Shown here: positions 23,408 to 35,830 of the stretch, piece after piece
How the letters are laid out: the number at the start of each line of letters is the position of its first letter
Position numbering within the stretch: position 1 is the first letter of the stretch
DNA from: Podarcis vaucheri
Lineage: Eukaryota
Length of the DNA: 64,000 bases
Assembly (NCBI GenBank): GCA_965113315.1
Contig: OZ220366.1
Strand: one strand, 5' to 3'
Position numbers and translations under genes: made by a program
The notes under the pieces: generated by a model
Told to the model about the DNA's origin: nothing
Database searches by the model: none
What the model saw: the letters and a program-made list of their open reading frames with translations, nothing else

Positions 23408-23496
23408 ACCACCCCTAAGCAGTTTGGAACAGCTGGAGGTTTACACACAAGCAACCCCACTTCCCGTGACAGCCAATGACAATAAGAGTTTCTTAC

Positions 23497-23563
23497 CTTT
23501 TCCAGGACTAAGATTTTGGTCTATAAAAACCTTTAATTCTCCATTAGCTTCAATTAGACCAGC
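23497..23563 (-). CDS. TFDP1: TFDP1 coding exon 2 (67 bp)
   Basis: [22 protein letters not shown](G); AAG|GTAAGA donor. Confidence 0.95.
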
Positions 23564-25312
23564 CTACGAGAGAAGACACATTTTATTTAGATGTAAAGTA
23601 CTTTGCAAGCAAATTACATTCCCAGGTCCCAATAGGTTTTGCAAGGGACCATCCAAATCCATCATCAAGTTATAGGTTGCCTTTGTGTCCACAAATGTAT
23701 TCTGTGATTTGTTGGTGGTACTGTTGTCACCCTCTATAAAAAAATAATTAAGATCCATGAGGGTCTGTGCCTTGGATTTTTGTGTGGCCCTGGCAAGCAC
23801 CAGATCTGTGATGTTTACTGTGCAGGCTTATCATAGCACTCTGCTCCAGGTCTACCTATGTGCATATAGCTATACACAAAATCCCCATTAGCCTTCCCCC
23901 TTGGTTGAGGCCACACCTTGTTTTGTCCTAAGGAGTTGAGGGACTTGCACATAGGCACATACACACTCCCAATGCCTCATTATGCATACAGACTTATCAG
24001 CTGGAAATTGTGTAAGCCAGCTCTTAGTAAGAACAAAATATGCAATATTCCGACCCATTACACACCCACCCACCCACCGCAGAAGCACGCAACTATGTAG
24101 ACTGCTCAGATCAATACATGGTTGACATTTGTCCTCTTTAACAGGGTCATGGGCTTCCTACACCAAAGGAGTTAAACTATCACATACATTTTCCTTTCAA
24201 ATGCCTCCCTCTGGACCTAAAGTGAGTTTTGGAGTTTTAGCTCAAAGTTTCTTTTTCAACTTAGGAAAGCAAAACGCTTTAAAATGTCATCAAAGCTGCA
24301 TTTCACAAGGAATACAGTTGCCATAAGACCTCATAGGAATTCAGCCTGGAGGTCAGACCAGGGTTTGACTGCCATCACCAGAACTTCACAGCAGGTGCAC
24401 TGGAAATCTGAAGTACACACAGTTGTTTACTAGCTCTTTATAGGCCTACCCTGTACCCTAGAGTGCACTGCCAGCCAACTCACCAATTTTGCTTCTTGTT
24501 GACTAGCACATGAGCAAAGCAACTAGGGAATTATTTCTCCAAGTCAGGACTGCTGTGAACTCTTAGGACTGAATCAAACAAAATGTAGGTATAATAAAGA
24601 GAAGCTTATCTTTAAAATAAGCCAGCGGCCTGCATTATAAAGCTCTACATATTCAACCCTTAACACGCTTACAAGCAGAGCAAAAATTAAAAGTACTGTA
24701 AGCACAAGGGAATAAATTTTTATCAACTTCTTGTATTTTCTTACCTTACTCCACCCCAAAAACCCATCATTTTTCAAAGGTGAGACTTTTATTGTGGTTC
24801 CCTAGGGCAACAATTTCCACACTTTTTAAATTAGCATTGGAGATTTTAAAAAAATCAAAGCTCCTTATGGCAACTAGAAATGGAATAAAATGACTTAGTT
24901 AACAATACCATTTGGAATAAGTCAACACGTTAATGGCAAAGATGGAGCCCAGATTAAAGGATAGAAAGCCTCTAAAATAAGAAATTTGATGGCTTAGTAA
25001 ATGAGACGTTTTACCATTTTTAGGCATGCAAAAGAACTAAGAAGGTATTTCACTTTGGTTACTGATGTTTGGCACCAATCAAAACTTGGAACTGCTCTCT
25101 CGGATTTAGGAGAGAGAGCCAGGTTTAATCAGCATATTAATGGGACGTAACTTCGCAACCCCGAGCATTCTCAGCAATTTCATGTAGCTGTTAAACAGCA
25201 TGTGGTACAGGACAGAACCTTGAAGGACACTATGGTCAAAATGTCCAACAGGAGTCTCCCTCATCCCCAGCCCCACCTTCTGGAACTACATCTCCAAGAG
25301 GGACTAGACTCC

Positions 25313-25622
25313 CAGGGGTCAGCAACCATTTCCAGCCGTGGGCCGGTCCACCATCTCTCAGACCATGTGGTGGGCCAGACTATATTGCAAGGGGAGGGGG
25401 ATGAACTAATTCCTATGCCCCACAAATAACCCAGAGATGCATTTTAAATAAAAGCACACATTCTACTCATGTAAAAACACCAGGCAGGCCCCACAAATAA
25501 CCCAGAGGTGTATTTTAAATCTACTCATGTAAAAACACGCTGATTCCTGGACCGTCCACAGGCCGGATTGAGAAGGTGATTGGGCCGCATCCAGGCCCCG
25601 GGCTTTAGGTTGCCTACCCCTG
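25313..25622. mobile_element. hAT (Charlie-like) non-autonomous DNA transposon
   Basis: CAGGGGTCAGCAACC / GGTTGCCTACCCCTG TIRs; internal direct repeats CCCCACAAATAACCCAGAG and TCTACTCATGTAAAAACAC; GACTAGAC/GACTAGAG flanks, offset by 3 bp on the left. Confidence 0.8.
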
Positions 25623-27449
25623 GACTAGAGACACTTCAGGGACACACATCCTCACATCCAGTTCCAGGTGCACTAGAGCAGAGAAAATTATCTCCATTCA
25701 ACAAGCAGACAAAGTGAGACTGAAATAAATCTGGAGAATCCAGCTCAACGAAGAACATTGGCACTGAGTGCTCAATCACCTCACTCAAGAATGCAATACT
25801 ACAGACTAGATGAATATTATCATTTACCAGTGGGTCATTCCATATCGAGTGATCCAACTTTTTTACCTCATGTCATCCAATTTTCTTAATATTTTGTACA
25901 CTTGTTGAATGATCAAAACTAAGTTTAAATTTAAAATTTTAACTTTTTTATCTCATGAGTGAAAAGTGGCATGGAAATATAATAAATGAAATGAAATTCC
26001 CTCAACACAAATAAATTATCTGCAATGATTGAGACTGAGGGAACGAGAACTGGGGGTTAGAAGTCCTTTGTGGCAATATGTGTTGAACTCCACAACAGAT
26101 AATGAACCAAGTATCTTAAACATGACCAATTAGGCATGTAAAACACTTCTAAATAAATTTGAATTTACCACTCCTGCTGTAAGATAAAGCCCCTCTCCCA
26201 CCGCATCATTTCAGGCTAAAAGTTGCACTTGCTCCAGCAGGGTGAGAAATTACACAAAAAACTTGAGCAGTTAGTTGCATTCACATCTTTCATGCAGTGT
26301 CTTCTAACTTGCCCTTCTCCTCAAGCAGGTATGACTGAACAGCGCCCAAACCCAGAATGCAAAATCTTCAATGTATAACCCCCATCTCCCAAATTTCTTA
26401 ACATTGGTATGACCTTCCTTTAAGAAAGGCTAATTAACTGGAATAAAAAAGAATGCTTTGATGTAATTTTAAGCAAAGACTTGATGTGTACTAATATTTT
26501 CTATCAAAATCAGGAAACCAGCTTCCCTCAGAAGACTGATATACCAGTTAGATATGGAACATAATAGTCTAGAAGCTGCATAAACAAGCAAATTACTCCA
26601 CAGACATTTATTGAATGCATCTATTTTCTAATTGCAAAAAAATGCTATTTGCCGTGCTTTGCTTGGAGCTAGATGTAGAAAGCAACAACAAATATATATA
26701 TATATATGTTTGAGTGATACCCCAACCCACATTGCTTGAAATTCTATATACTTTAATGGTAAATTCAATTAAGCTACATGCTACATACAGAAAGAGTCTA
26801 TGCTTTTTGTTAAATATTACACATTATTGGCCACAGATACATGCACTGCTATGGGGATACTAAAACACATATGCCAATATACATTATGTCCCTTACATTT
26901 AACTCAGTCTTCTCTGCACACAGTGACTGCATTCACACCCTATAGTAAGCAAGCTAGGAGTAATATTTTAACATGAATATGCAGATTACTCTCACTTTGC
27001 TCTTCCTCGCCAGTGAGCGGAAACAACAACTTAGCGCTGCATCAGAACTGGGGATTGTGGCTTGTTCCACTCCCGCAAATGACACTCTTAAGTCAAGGTT
27101 TGTTCTTGACATACCGATCACGATTTGAAAGAAACAAAACATGTTTCCCAGTTTGGACATAATGGCTAGCCATGATTTTAAATTATTTTGTTTCCAATGA
27201 TTCTCGTAATTATTTAGTTTCAAATGTTACTTTATGACTCGATAATATAAGCAGCATAAGTAGAGCATGCAGCCCTCTCTGAGAGAGGACAATCTCTGCA
27301 CTAGAGAACTTGAAACATTTCAAAAAGCCCTTTTACTTCAGGGTAGCACAAGGCATAATTATATAACAGCTTACAGCTGAACTCTATAGCCTGGCTGAGC
27401 AACAAAGAATTGCCAACAATAATAACTCTGTAAATGATGTATTTAATTA

Positions 27450-27802
27450 CCGTATTCTTCTGTGTATAAGACGAGGATTTTTTACCCAAAAATGAGGTTT
27501 AAAATTGGGGCTCGTCTTATACACAGGTAGTGCAGAGGGGGGTTGGTTGATCTGTTGCAGCCGTGAGCAGGAGTTTATCTGCAGCAAGGGTTGATGGAAA
27601 CTGGCTGCCGCTGTGGCAATAGGGCGGTCGATTGGCAGCTGCGGGTCTTCGGCGATGCGTGCGATTTTTAGCGGCGGGTAAGCGATTTTCGGCAATCATC
27701 CCTCCCCTCCCAAAGCTTAACAACTCTTGGAAATCTCTCCCCCCATTTTCTTAATTTAGAGCCCCCCAAAATAGGGGGCGTGTTATATACAGAAAAATAC
27801 AG
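27450..27802. mobile_element. Tc2-like MITE
   Basis: TA|CCGTATTCTTCTGTGTATAA...TTATATACAGAAAAATACAG|TA. Confidence 0.8.
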
Positions 27803-28361
27803 TAGTTAACATATTGATTTGACCTAAAGACTGCCCCCACAACTTGCCACTCTTTGCCACCTTAAAATTGAGTCCTCTTTTACGAAACTCAAAAGTACAA
27901 TAGTGCTAGCAAAGTTTAGGCTGTAGGTAGCAAATTGATTCCCCTTGACTTCCTGAATTACTGCCCCCACCAAATTCCTTCCTGCCAATAGTGCATAGTT
28001 TATTCTGTTCCTGGGCCTTGCTGAGGCTGTGCCTCAACCCTACAATCTCCTTGGTTTTCCCTTTCATCACAGATCCATCAGAAATTATTTTTCTCAGTTT
28101 CTGTCAGTCCATTGCCCACTTTGACACACTTCCTTTAATTACACTGCCTCTTTGTCAATCTGACTGGCACCTTTCCCCCCCTTCTCTATCTTCAGAGACA
28201 TATAGCAATGTCAGTTCTGCTCCCATCAGTCATAGCAGCAACCATTCAAAAGCTATATTAAGTATGTCATAGGACTCGGGATGTTCTTACTTTAAACAAC
28301 CACCAACCAATGCCACACACAACCTCCTTAGGAAAGTGCCCTCAGTTTCAAAGGAATCTGC

Positions 28362-28417
28362 CATTCTGCAAAGGATATGCGCTATTACTCATTCTGCAAA
28401 GGATATGCACTATTACT
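28362..28417. repeat. 28-bp tandem duplication
   Basis: CATTCTGCAAAGGATATGC(G/A)CTATTACT x2, plus a degenerate third copy. Confidence 0.9.
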
Positions 28418-28789
28418 CCTACTGCACACTGATTACTCGAGCAGATCTTTGGAACCTGGCCACACAAAACGCAGGTGTACAAAAGCAAGAAACTATAAAC
28501 TGTGCAAGGTGCTGGTTTCTGAGAGGATACAGAATTCCTTCTTACAAGATTAACATATGGCAAATTCACTTAAAATAAACGTCTGGGTAAACTGAAATAT
28601 TGTGTATCAAATATTGTGTATTTCATTTCTGGGCATTTATTCCATGCCCTCTACTTGAAGGTCAAAGGTTGGGCCACAACATCATATGACATATATCACT
28701 GAATAAAAAGCCGTTAAAATACACTTCATCCGAAACAAAAATTGCCTGGAAACAACACAAAGGCCTGCCAGAACTAAAATTTCTTAACC

Positions 28790-29560
28790 TGCCACTAAAA
28801 CCAAATGAGAGTGGGATCTGGCCTGATCCAAGGGGAAAGACAGCTCTGAAGTCAAGGTGCTACTTCCAAGAAGGCCCTGCTCTGGGTCAACTAAACCTAC
28901 TTCTGTCACTGATGGCACAACCAATAAGGAATCTCCCGCAGATCTCAATTCAGGGGCCGGATGATCCTGGGAAGGTGCTATTTCAGGTAGGTGGGCCCCA
29001 AGCCATTTGAGCTTCATATATTAAACTCAACACCTTGACAAATAGCCAGCCGGTGAAGTTGCCTCAGAGCTGGTTCAATATGCTTGGGGCACCTAAACTC
29101 GACAGCACCCAGGCAACAGCTGCGACCTCCAAAGGAGGCCCTATGTAGAGTCATCAAAATTCCAACTATCCTTATCCAGGAATGGCAACAGCTAGGGAAA
29201 CAGGCGTATCTGGTGATCTGAGTCTCCAACGATAAGGTGAAATTTAGGAGTGCCCCTGGATCACACAATTGCTCCTTGGGGGAGTGCAACTGCACTCCAA
29301 TCCTAATTTCTGGACCCAGAAACCAATCCATAGGGCCCCGTCTTCTCTAGATTCAATTTCAGCTTACTGGCCCGCATCTATCCCTTCAGCTCCCGATTCC
29401 AATAGATGTAAGAGATGATGCAAGATACAATCAGTGTAATGATACGTAGCCTCAAGTCCCGATGATGGCTCCCAACAGCTTCATGCAGATCTTAAATAGC
29501 ACAGGTCCCTGCAGGACCCCATGGTATAATTGCCATAGGGCTGAGTCCCACAGCGTCACT
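28790..29560 (-). mobile_element. Old degraded L2 LINE fragment
   Basis: Frameshifted remnants on the minus strand: GVLQGPVLF, HIEPALRQLHRL, LRSAGDSLLVVPS. Confidence 0.7.
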
Positions 29561-29561
29561 A

Positions 29562-29642
29562 CAGTCGTACCTTGGAAGTCGAACGGAATCCGTTCCGGAA
29601 GTCCGTTCGACTTCCAAAACGTTCGAAAACCAAATGGGACTG
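29562..29642. mobile_element. Internally deleted Tigger-like mini-MITE
   Basis: TA|CAGTCGTACCTTGGAAGTCGAACGGAATCCG...GACTG|TA; same end as the 2930 and 8710 elements. Confidence 0.75.
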
Positions 29643-30099
29643 TAATTCTAAAAACAAATCTTAAGTTGAACACGGATATCAGCAATACATTTTAGAATTT
29701 GCAATGTACTTTCAAAAGAAAAACAAGCCTCATATTTCTCTGCATTTACAAGGACATGTAATATCCTGAGGCCCTAAACATGGCAGGAGGAAATTGCATT
29801 ATAAAAGACTTTTTAATTGTGTATGTTTATAAAGAAAATCTGAATTTAAGACAAAAGCGTTAAGTCCACACTTACCTCTTAAACTCAACCACAACAGTTT
29901 ATCAAACAAATTTAGTTAGAACCATAGAGGAAAATATGACTTCTTAGTTTTAAGTATCATAAAAGCAATATACTGAATTTATTGTTGTTGATGCCTACTG
30001 GATCCAGGAAGCAGCAAGTTTTCACAGATACTGTAGTATTCTAGAGATGCCATCTTGCATCTCATCAGGATGATCCAGAGTCCAAGATGGAGAAATTAG

Positions 30100-31473
30100 A
30101 TGTGAAAAACTAAGTACACCCTTACTGCTCCATAGGAATTAAAAGGATAAGTAGCAGACAGGGGCTACAAATACCCTTGCTTAATTGATCATCAGCAAGT
30201 GTGCCCACCTCCATAAAAGCCAAAGTTTTAGCAGCTTGCCGGTCTGGAGCATTCAGGTGTGTTTTAACACATTGCCAAGGAGGAAGACAACATTCTTAGA
30301 GAAGCAAGTGCTACTGCCCATAAAACTGGAAGGGTTCCAAGGCCATCTCCAACCAATGTTCTACAGCAGAAAAGGTTATTCAAAAGTGGAAAACATTCAA
30401 GACTGTTTCCAATCTTCCCAGGAGTGGACGACCTTGCAAATTCACCCCAAGGTCAGACCGTGCAACACTCAAAGAAATTACAAAAAACCCAAGAGTTACA
30501 TCTCAGGCTCTAAAGGTCTCTGTTACCATGTTAAATTTTAAAATTCATGACAGTACCCATAGAAAAAGACTAAACAAGTATGGTTTGGAAGTGTTTCCAG
30601 ATGAAAGCCAGGTCTCTCTAAAAAGAACATGGCAGCACGACTTTGGTTTGCAAAGCTGCATCTGAACAAACCACACGACTTCTGGAACCATGTTCTTTGG
30701 ACAAATGAGACCAAGATGTTTGGCCATAATGCACAGCACTACATTTAGCAAAAATCAAACACAGCATATCAGCACAAGCACCTCATACCAACTGTCAAGC
30801 ATAGTGGTGGAAGGATGATGATTTGGGCTTGTTTTGCAGCCACAGGACTGGGAACCTTGCAGTCACTGAGTTGGCCATGAGTATACCAAAGTATTCTACA
30901 GTCAAATGTGTGGCCATCTTCCCAACAGCTGAAGCTTGGCTGAAATTGGGACATGCAACAGGACAAGGATCCCAAACACAACAGCAAAATTACAACAGAA
31001 TGACTGAAAAAGAACAGAATCAAGGTGTTGCAATGGCCCTGTCAAAATCCAGACCTCAACCCAACTGAAATGCTGTGTGGGACCTTAAGAGAGCTATGCA
31101 TAAACAAATGCCAGCAAACCTCAATGAACTGAAGCAATGTTGTAAAGAAGATTGGGTCAAAATTCCTCCACAATGATGTGACAGATGGATAAAATCCTAC
31201 CGAAAACAATTACTTAATGTTATTGCTACTAATGGTGGTTCTACAAGCTATTGAATCATAAGGTGTACTTAGTTTTTCACATATGGCTTTTCCATTTTGA
31301 TTTTATTTCTGTTAAATAAATCATAACACGGTGTAATACGTCATGTACTTTTATTCATTTGAAGTTGTATTTACCTAATTTTAAGACCTGCTAAGAAACA
31401 AATGATTGCTATTATGTCCTGATATGTAAAACCACAGAATTCAAAGAAGGTCACTTTCTTTTTCCCAAGACTG
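30100..31473 (+). mobile_element. Tc1-family (DD34E, IR/DR type) transposon fossil with a broken transposase
   Basis: Motifs LPRSGRP, VLWTNETK, TVKHSGG, QQDKDPKH, WPCQNPDLNPTE, with 34 codons between D and E; stops and frameshifts present; perfect 21-bp inverted repeat 30100-30120 / 31262-31282; right end CTG|TA. Confidence 0.92.
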
Positions 31474-33029
31474 TAAGTGACCTTCTTTGGTGTTTCTGTA
31501 TCTGTACAGAGATCCAAACAAAGATCTGTTACTTGTCTCTAATCTCACATTATTTTTGCAGTGGATATGGGCTGTAAGACCACAAAAGCTCTCTATTTTA
31601 CTTATAGCATTTATGATGGCTCAATTTAGTTGCCAACCAACATGTTTTGTTGTCGTTAGCTAGTTAGCATGCATAGTTGTTCGGGGGGGGGATTCAAAAT
31701 GGGAAGCTTGATTTAAAGAAATTATTTTTCTGTGCTTTTTCTTTTCAATTTTAATTGCCTAATTTAAATTAACTACAGAATTTGGGACCCGCCAAACTAA
31801 GCACAGCCCTCTGTCTGTCTGTGATATCCGAGTGATATTGTAAAACAGGATTTGTTCAGTACACACCAGTCTACAATGCATGGTTGATGAATTGTTTAGC
31901 TTGATGTGTTATAAGTTGTGGAAGCCTGCTCTAAATCAATGGGATTACCCATACTGATTAAACTTATGCTCATTGATGAAACTGAACTTGACTGTTCTAG
32001 TTTGCAGGACAATTACAACAACGGGAGGAAATTATAGATTCCAGTAACTAGTTTTTTTGCAATTTCAATTTTAGGTCACGATCTGAGTCTATGATAAATA
32101 CCTTAATAGGAAATTAAACAAGTCTCCTATTTTTTTTTATTAAGAATAGGGCACAAAGAAACAACCAAACTGTCATATGCTTTTCAACGCTGAAGGTGTG
32201 GTTCTGCTAGAAAAGGACTAGATTAAAAGAAGGATAAAGGTGTACCTTCTATTTCAGCCAGGCAATATAATGGAAAGTAGAGTACTAACGAAAGCAGTAA
32301 GAATTCACTGCATCATACTTAAAAAGACAACTCTAAAAAGGTATTTTTCATTCATGCCATAGATGATCAAAGTCAGCATCATACAAAATCATGACGGACA
32401 AACAGCTTATTACAGATCCTCAAGCCTATAACTTTTTAGTGTAAACCTTCTACTTATATTGCTTATAAGAAAGCAAATCAAAGCAAGTGTTAAGCTATTA
32501 TTGGAGCTATACTAGGAGCCAGTGGGCTAGCAATAAACATCCTGAAAGGTAGAAGCTTTCCCTAGTTTATTCACAAGTGAAATGGTGGGCAAAAAAAATA
32601 TTATATCTTCATAATTATTTGGGGGCTGCTGACTCAAATAAAACTGATTCTGATCCACATACGTGTCACTGGCCTTCCCTAGTTTGGAATAAAGTGTAAC
32701 TGAAAGTGAGAGCACAACATAGTGACTTATGGAATTCTGCTAAGTGTTTCATGCTACCCAGCAGTATAGGGTGATGCTACTATGTGCATATAGACCACCG
32801 TAGTGGTATATACCAGATGCACCACTACTCATCATTAGAAGAGATGATGACTTGTCATCTCTATGACATTAGGCTAAAAGCATCTCTGCCTAAATGGTGG
32901 GGATGTAGCCACACATACTTGTGATATGTTCCTACTGATATGCTGCACTGCCATTATGTGGCACAGGATGGAGTCAATGCAGCTACATGAATACATAGGG
33001 TAATAGCGAATTCCTATATTTATTAATGC

Positions 33030-33152
33030 TAGGGTTACCTTGGGCCAGTCACTGCCCCTCAGCTAACCCACCTCACCGAGTAGTTGTGGGGATTACCATA
33101 TACATCACCTTGAGCTCCTTGGAGAAAAAAGGTTGGTTACAAATACAATAAA
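33030..33152 (+). mobile_element. SINE 3' portion (MIR/CORE-like or L2-tailed)
   Basis: ACCTTGGGCCAGTCACT...CTCAGC...CACCTCAC...GTTGTG...CACCTTGAGCTCCTTGGAG...AATAAA. Confidence 0.6.
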
Positions 33153-33192
33153 CGAAAACAACTGTAGGACCGTTACTTACAAATATACTTAC

Positions 33193-33204
33193 ATCTTTTG
33201 CCAT
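33193..33204 (-). CDS. TFDP1: TFDP1 first coding exon (MAKD); the exon extends as 5'UTR to about 33268 or 33275
   Basis: AACATGGCAAAAGAT|GTAAGT; two possible AG acceptors at 33269-33270 and 33276-33277 after a T-rich tract. Confidence 0.9.
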
Positions 33205-33749
33205 GTTACTTAATCCAAGAAATCAGTTCTTTACTTGCTTGATTGCCAAAGGTACAGGAACAGTAGCACTGTATTCTAAAAAACGATAAATTAAAAGAGA
33301 AGAACTTGGTTATTGCAGAGAAACACATTTTAAAATTGAGATAGCTACGTTTTCTTGACTTTCAGCACGGGGTTGTAAAAGTAAGTTACAGTCTGAAAGA
33401 CCCAACTTAAAGCCTTCATAAATTAAGAGCAGCTCCGTCTCCAAAGCGTTTGGCCCCTGATCTTCTGAGAATATAAAGGCAAGATGGCCTGAACTGACAG
33501 GATGATAGAGGTGGGGATGGGGAGTTGCACCCTGTCCAGGTATGCGCTGGATGACTGAAAAGCATAAATCTGCCTCCTGCATAAATCTGCACACAACCCC
33601 CTTCCAAGAAGAAGGGGGAGCGGGGTGGGGGGCTTTGCTCCTGACCCATTAACTGCAGAACAGTTGCTAGGCCTCAGGGGCCCAACCCCCTACTACACTC
33701 CTCCCCCCCAACGCTGAACAAAACACACACTGCTTCTCCATGCGAACAT

Positions 33750-35830
33750 GCAAGCAGGCCCTGGAAATTTACATGCTGCTTCGGGGGGCGGGGGGGGAGG
33801 AAACTGGTCCTGAGAGTCCCTGTGAAAACCAGGCGAAGCAGCATCTGCGCTCCACAGAACAACTCCCGCCAGCCCCCCGCCTCCTGCACCTTCCCGCCCC
33901 CTCTCCAGGGCCTCAGAAGCCCGACCAGAGCCCGGGGAGTCTGAGGCTGGAGGAAAGAGACGGGGGGGGGGGCACCCAGGCACCAATCTCACCCTCAGCA
34001 GACCCTCCTCCTCGCCCGCCCGCCCGCCCCGGGGAAGGGGGGAGGGAAGAGACCGGGGTAGAAGGAGAGAGAGGGGAGGAAGGAGGAAGAAGAAGAGGAT
34101 CCGTCCCGCCTAAGCGCTTCCCACCGCCGCTGCCTCCTCCTCCTCTTCGTCTCCCACCTGTCCTCCTTTTCGGTCCCTGCAACCCACTCCCCTGCCCGAG
34201 GCGCCGACGGTACCTGAAGAACTAGAGGAGGAGAAGCAGGGAGCAAACTCCATCCCCCACAACACACTCCCGAGCAATCCCCCACCCACAGCGCCGCTCT
34301 TGCACGGGAAGAGAGAGAGAGAGATGCCAACTGCACATGTGCAATGCACGGCCCTCCTCAAAACCCCCTCGGGGGTGGGGAGAAGCAGCCGAGGAGCAAG
34401 ACCATCACCTCTAGGCTTCCTCCTCCTCCTCCCCCTTGCAAGGCAAAGCAGCTGTGTTTGTGGGGAGATAAGGTTGAGAGGGGGGCACCTTTCTGCTCTC
34501 CCCCCCCCACAACCTCCGGCCACAAACATACACGCACTCGTTCAACTGCACCAGAATGAACTCTGCCAATAATTATGAAGTGTGCATAATTATGAAGTGT
34601 GCATGGGAAATGTTAATAAGAAGTCGCCCCCCTTCCCACACGTCTTTTCACCCCTTTCCAGCGCCTCTCCACCCCAACCCCTCGCTTTGCAAGCCTCTTT
34701 TCTTTCCTTGGTTCCAACAGTTTCCAGAAAGCGTGAAGTTTTCCTGAAGCAAAGGAGGGGACACTTTTGGGGGGGGTGTCGTCCCCCCCAACACAAGTAC
34801 ATTTCAGCCATCCCTTAAGGCTGCAGCCGTGTGCAGGCTTACTTGGAAGCAAGCTCCACCGAGACTTTTGCATGCTTACTGGATAAAAAAGCAGACATGC
34901 AAAATTATAATAATAAAGGATCGGCCTCAATCCTAAACAAAGCTTTTACCTGGGAGTAAATCGAACTTAAAATTAGCCGCTCTTTCTTCTACCGTACTCG
35001 GGGTGCAGAGCTGCGATCCGATGCACAATTGCTGATTACTTGGAAGCAAGCCCACCCCCACCCCCCGCTTACTTTCGGGTAAACATGCACGGGATCGGGT
35101 TGCAGGCAACAACCCCTCCTGCTCCTCCTCCTCGCGAAAGCGCCATCATTCCCTGCCCCTGCCAAAGCTCACCCAGCCAAGCCGCGCTCTCCTTCCTGCC
35201 TCGCTTTGCTGCCTCCTCCTCCCCCCCACCCCCAAAGCTTGGAGGTTCCCCGGCGCCGACCCGCAGGTTTGACCCCCTTCTCACACCTGTTCGCGCTCCT
35301 TGCACGGGATGGGGAGGAACGGGGCTCGCCGCTGCCTCCGCTCGCCCTCCCCCCCCTCCGCCGGCGGTCCCGCGATTCTTGGCTTTTTGGCGGTTGGCAC
35401 CGAAGGAAGGCAAGGGGGAGGGGGAAAAAATTGAAACTTACACTTTCGTGCGTCCCTCCCGGCGTGACGCTGCGCGCTGACGTCACGGGGCTGTAACGTG
35501 CCCCACATAGGCACACGCGGGGCGAGCTCCCTCCCACAGCCCATCGCCGCTCGCTTCGGCCGGCCTACTGGGCTGTCGCAGGCGGAAGGGCCGCGCATGC
35601 GCGAGGTTTTCGCGCCTTCGGGATTCCCTTCACGCCTTCCTCCTCCCGGGGCCTGGAGAGCGCGGGAAGCGGCAGCGCGAGACCGGCCGTTGAGCCGCCC
35701 TCGGGGACCTCGCGGCTTCCGCTTTTGCGTGTGCTGCCGTCACTCTTCCCGCCATTCCCATGGGGGAAATGTATAATTCGTGCCCGTAATACAGGCAGTA
35801 AAAAGTCTTCTGTATAACGACTACCCCGCC
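33750..35830 (-). promoter_or_regulatory. TFDP1: TFDP1 CpG island, promoter and non-coding first exon(s)
   Basis: GC/CpG-rich in two blocks. CRE TGACGTCA 35478-35485; NRF1 palindrome CGCGCATGCGCG 35592-35603; E2F-like TTTCGCGC 35608-35615, TTTGGCGG 35386-35393, TTCCCGCC 35746-35753; several minus-strand splice donors. Confidence 0.8.
34569..34602. repeat. Perfect 17-bp tandem duplication
   Basis: ATAATTATGAAGTGTGC x2. Confidence 0.95.
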
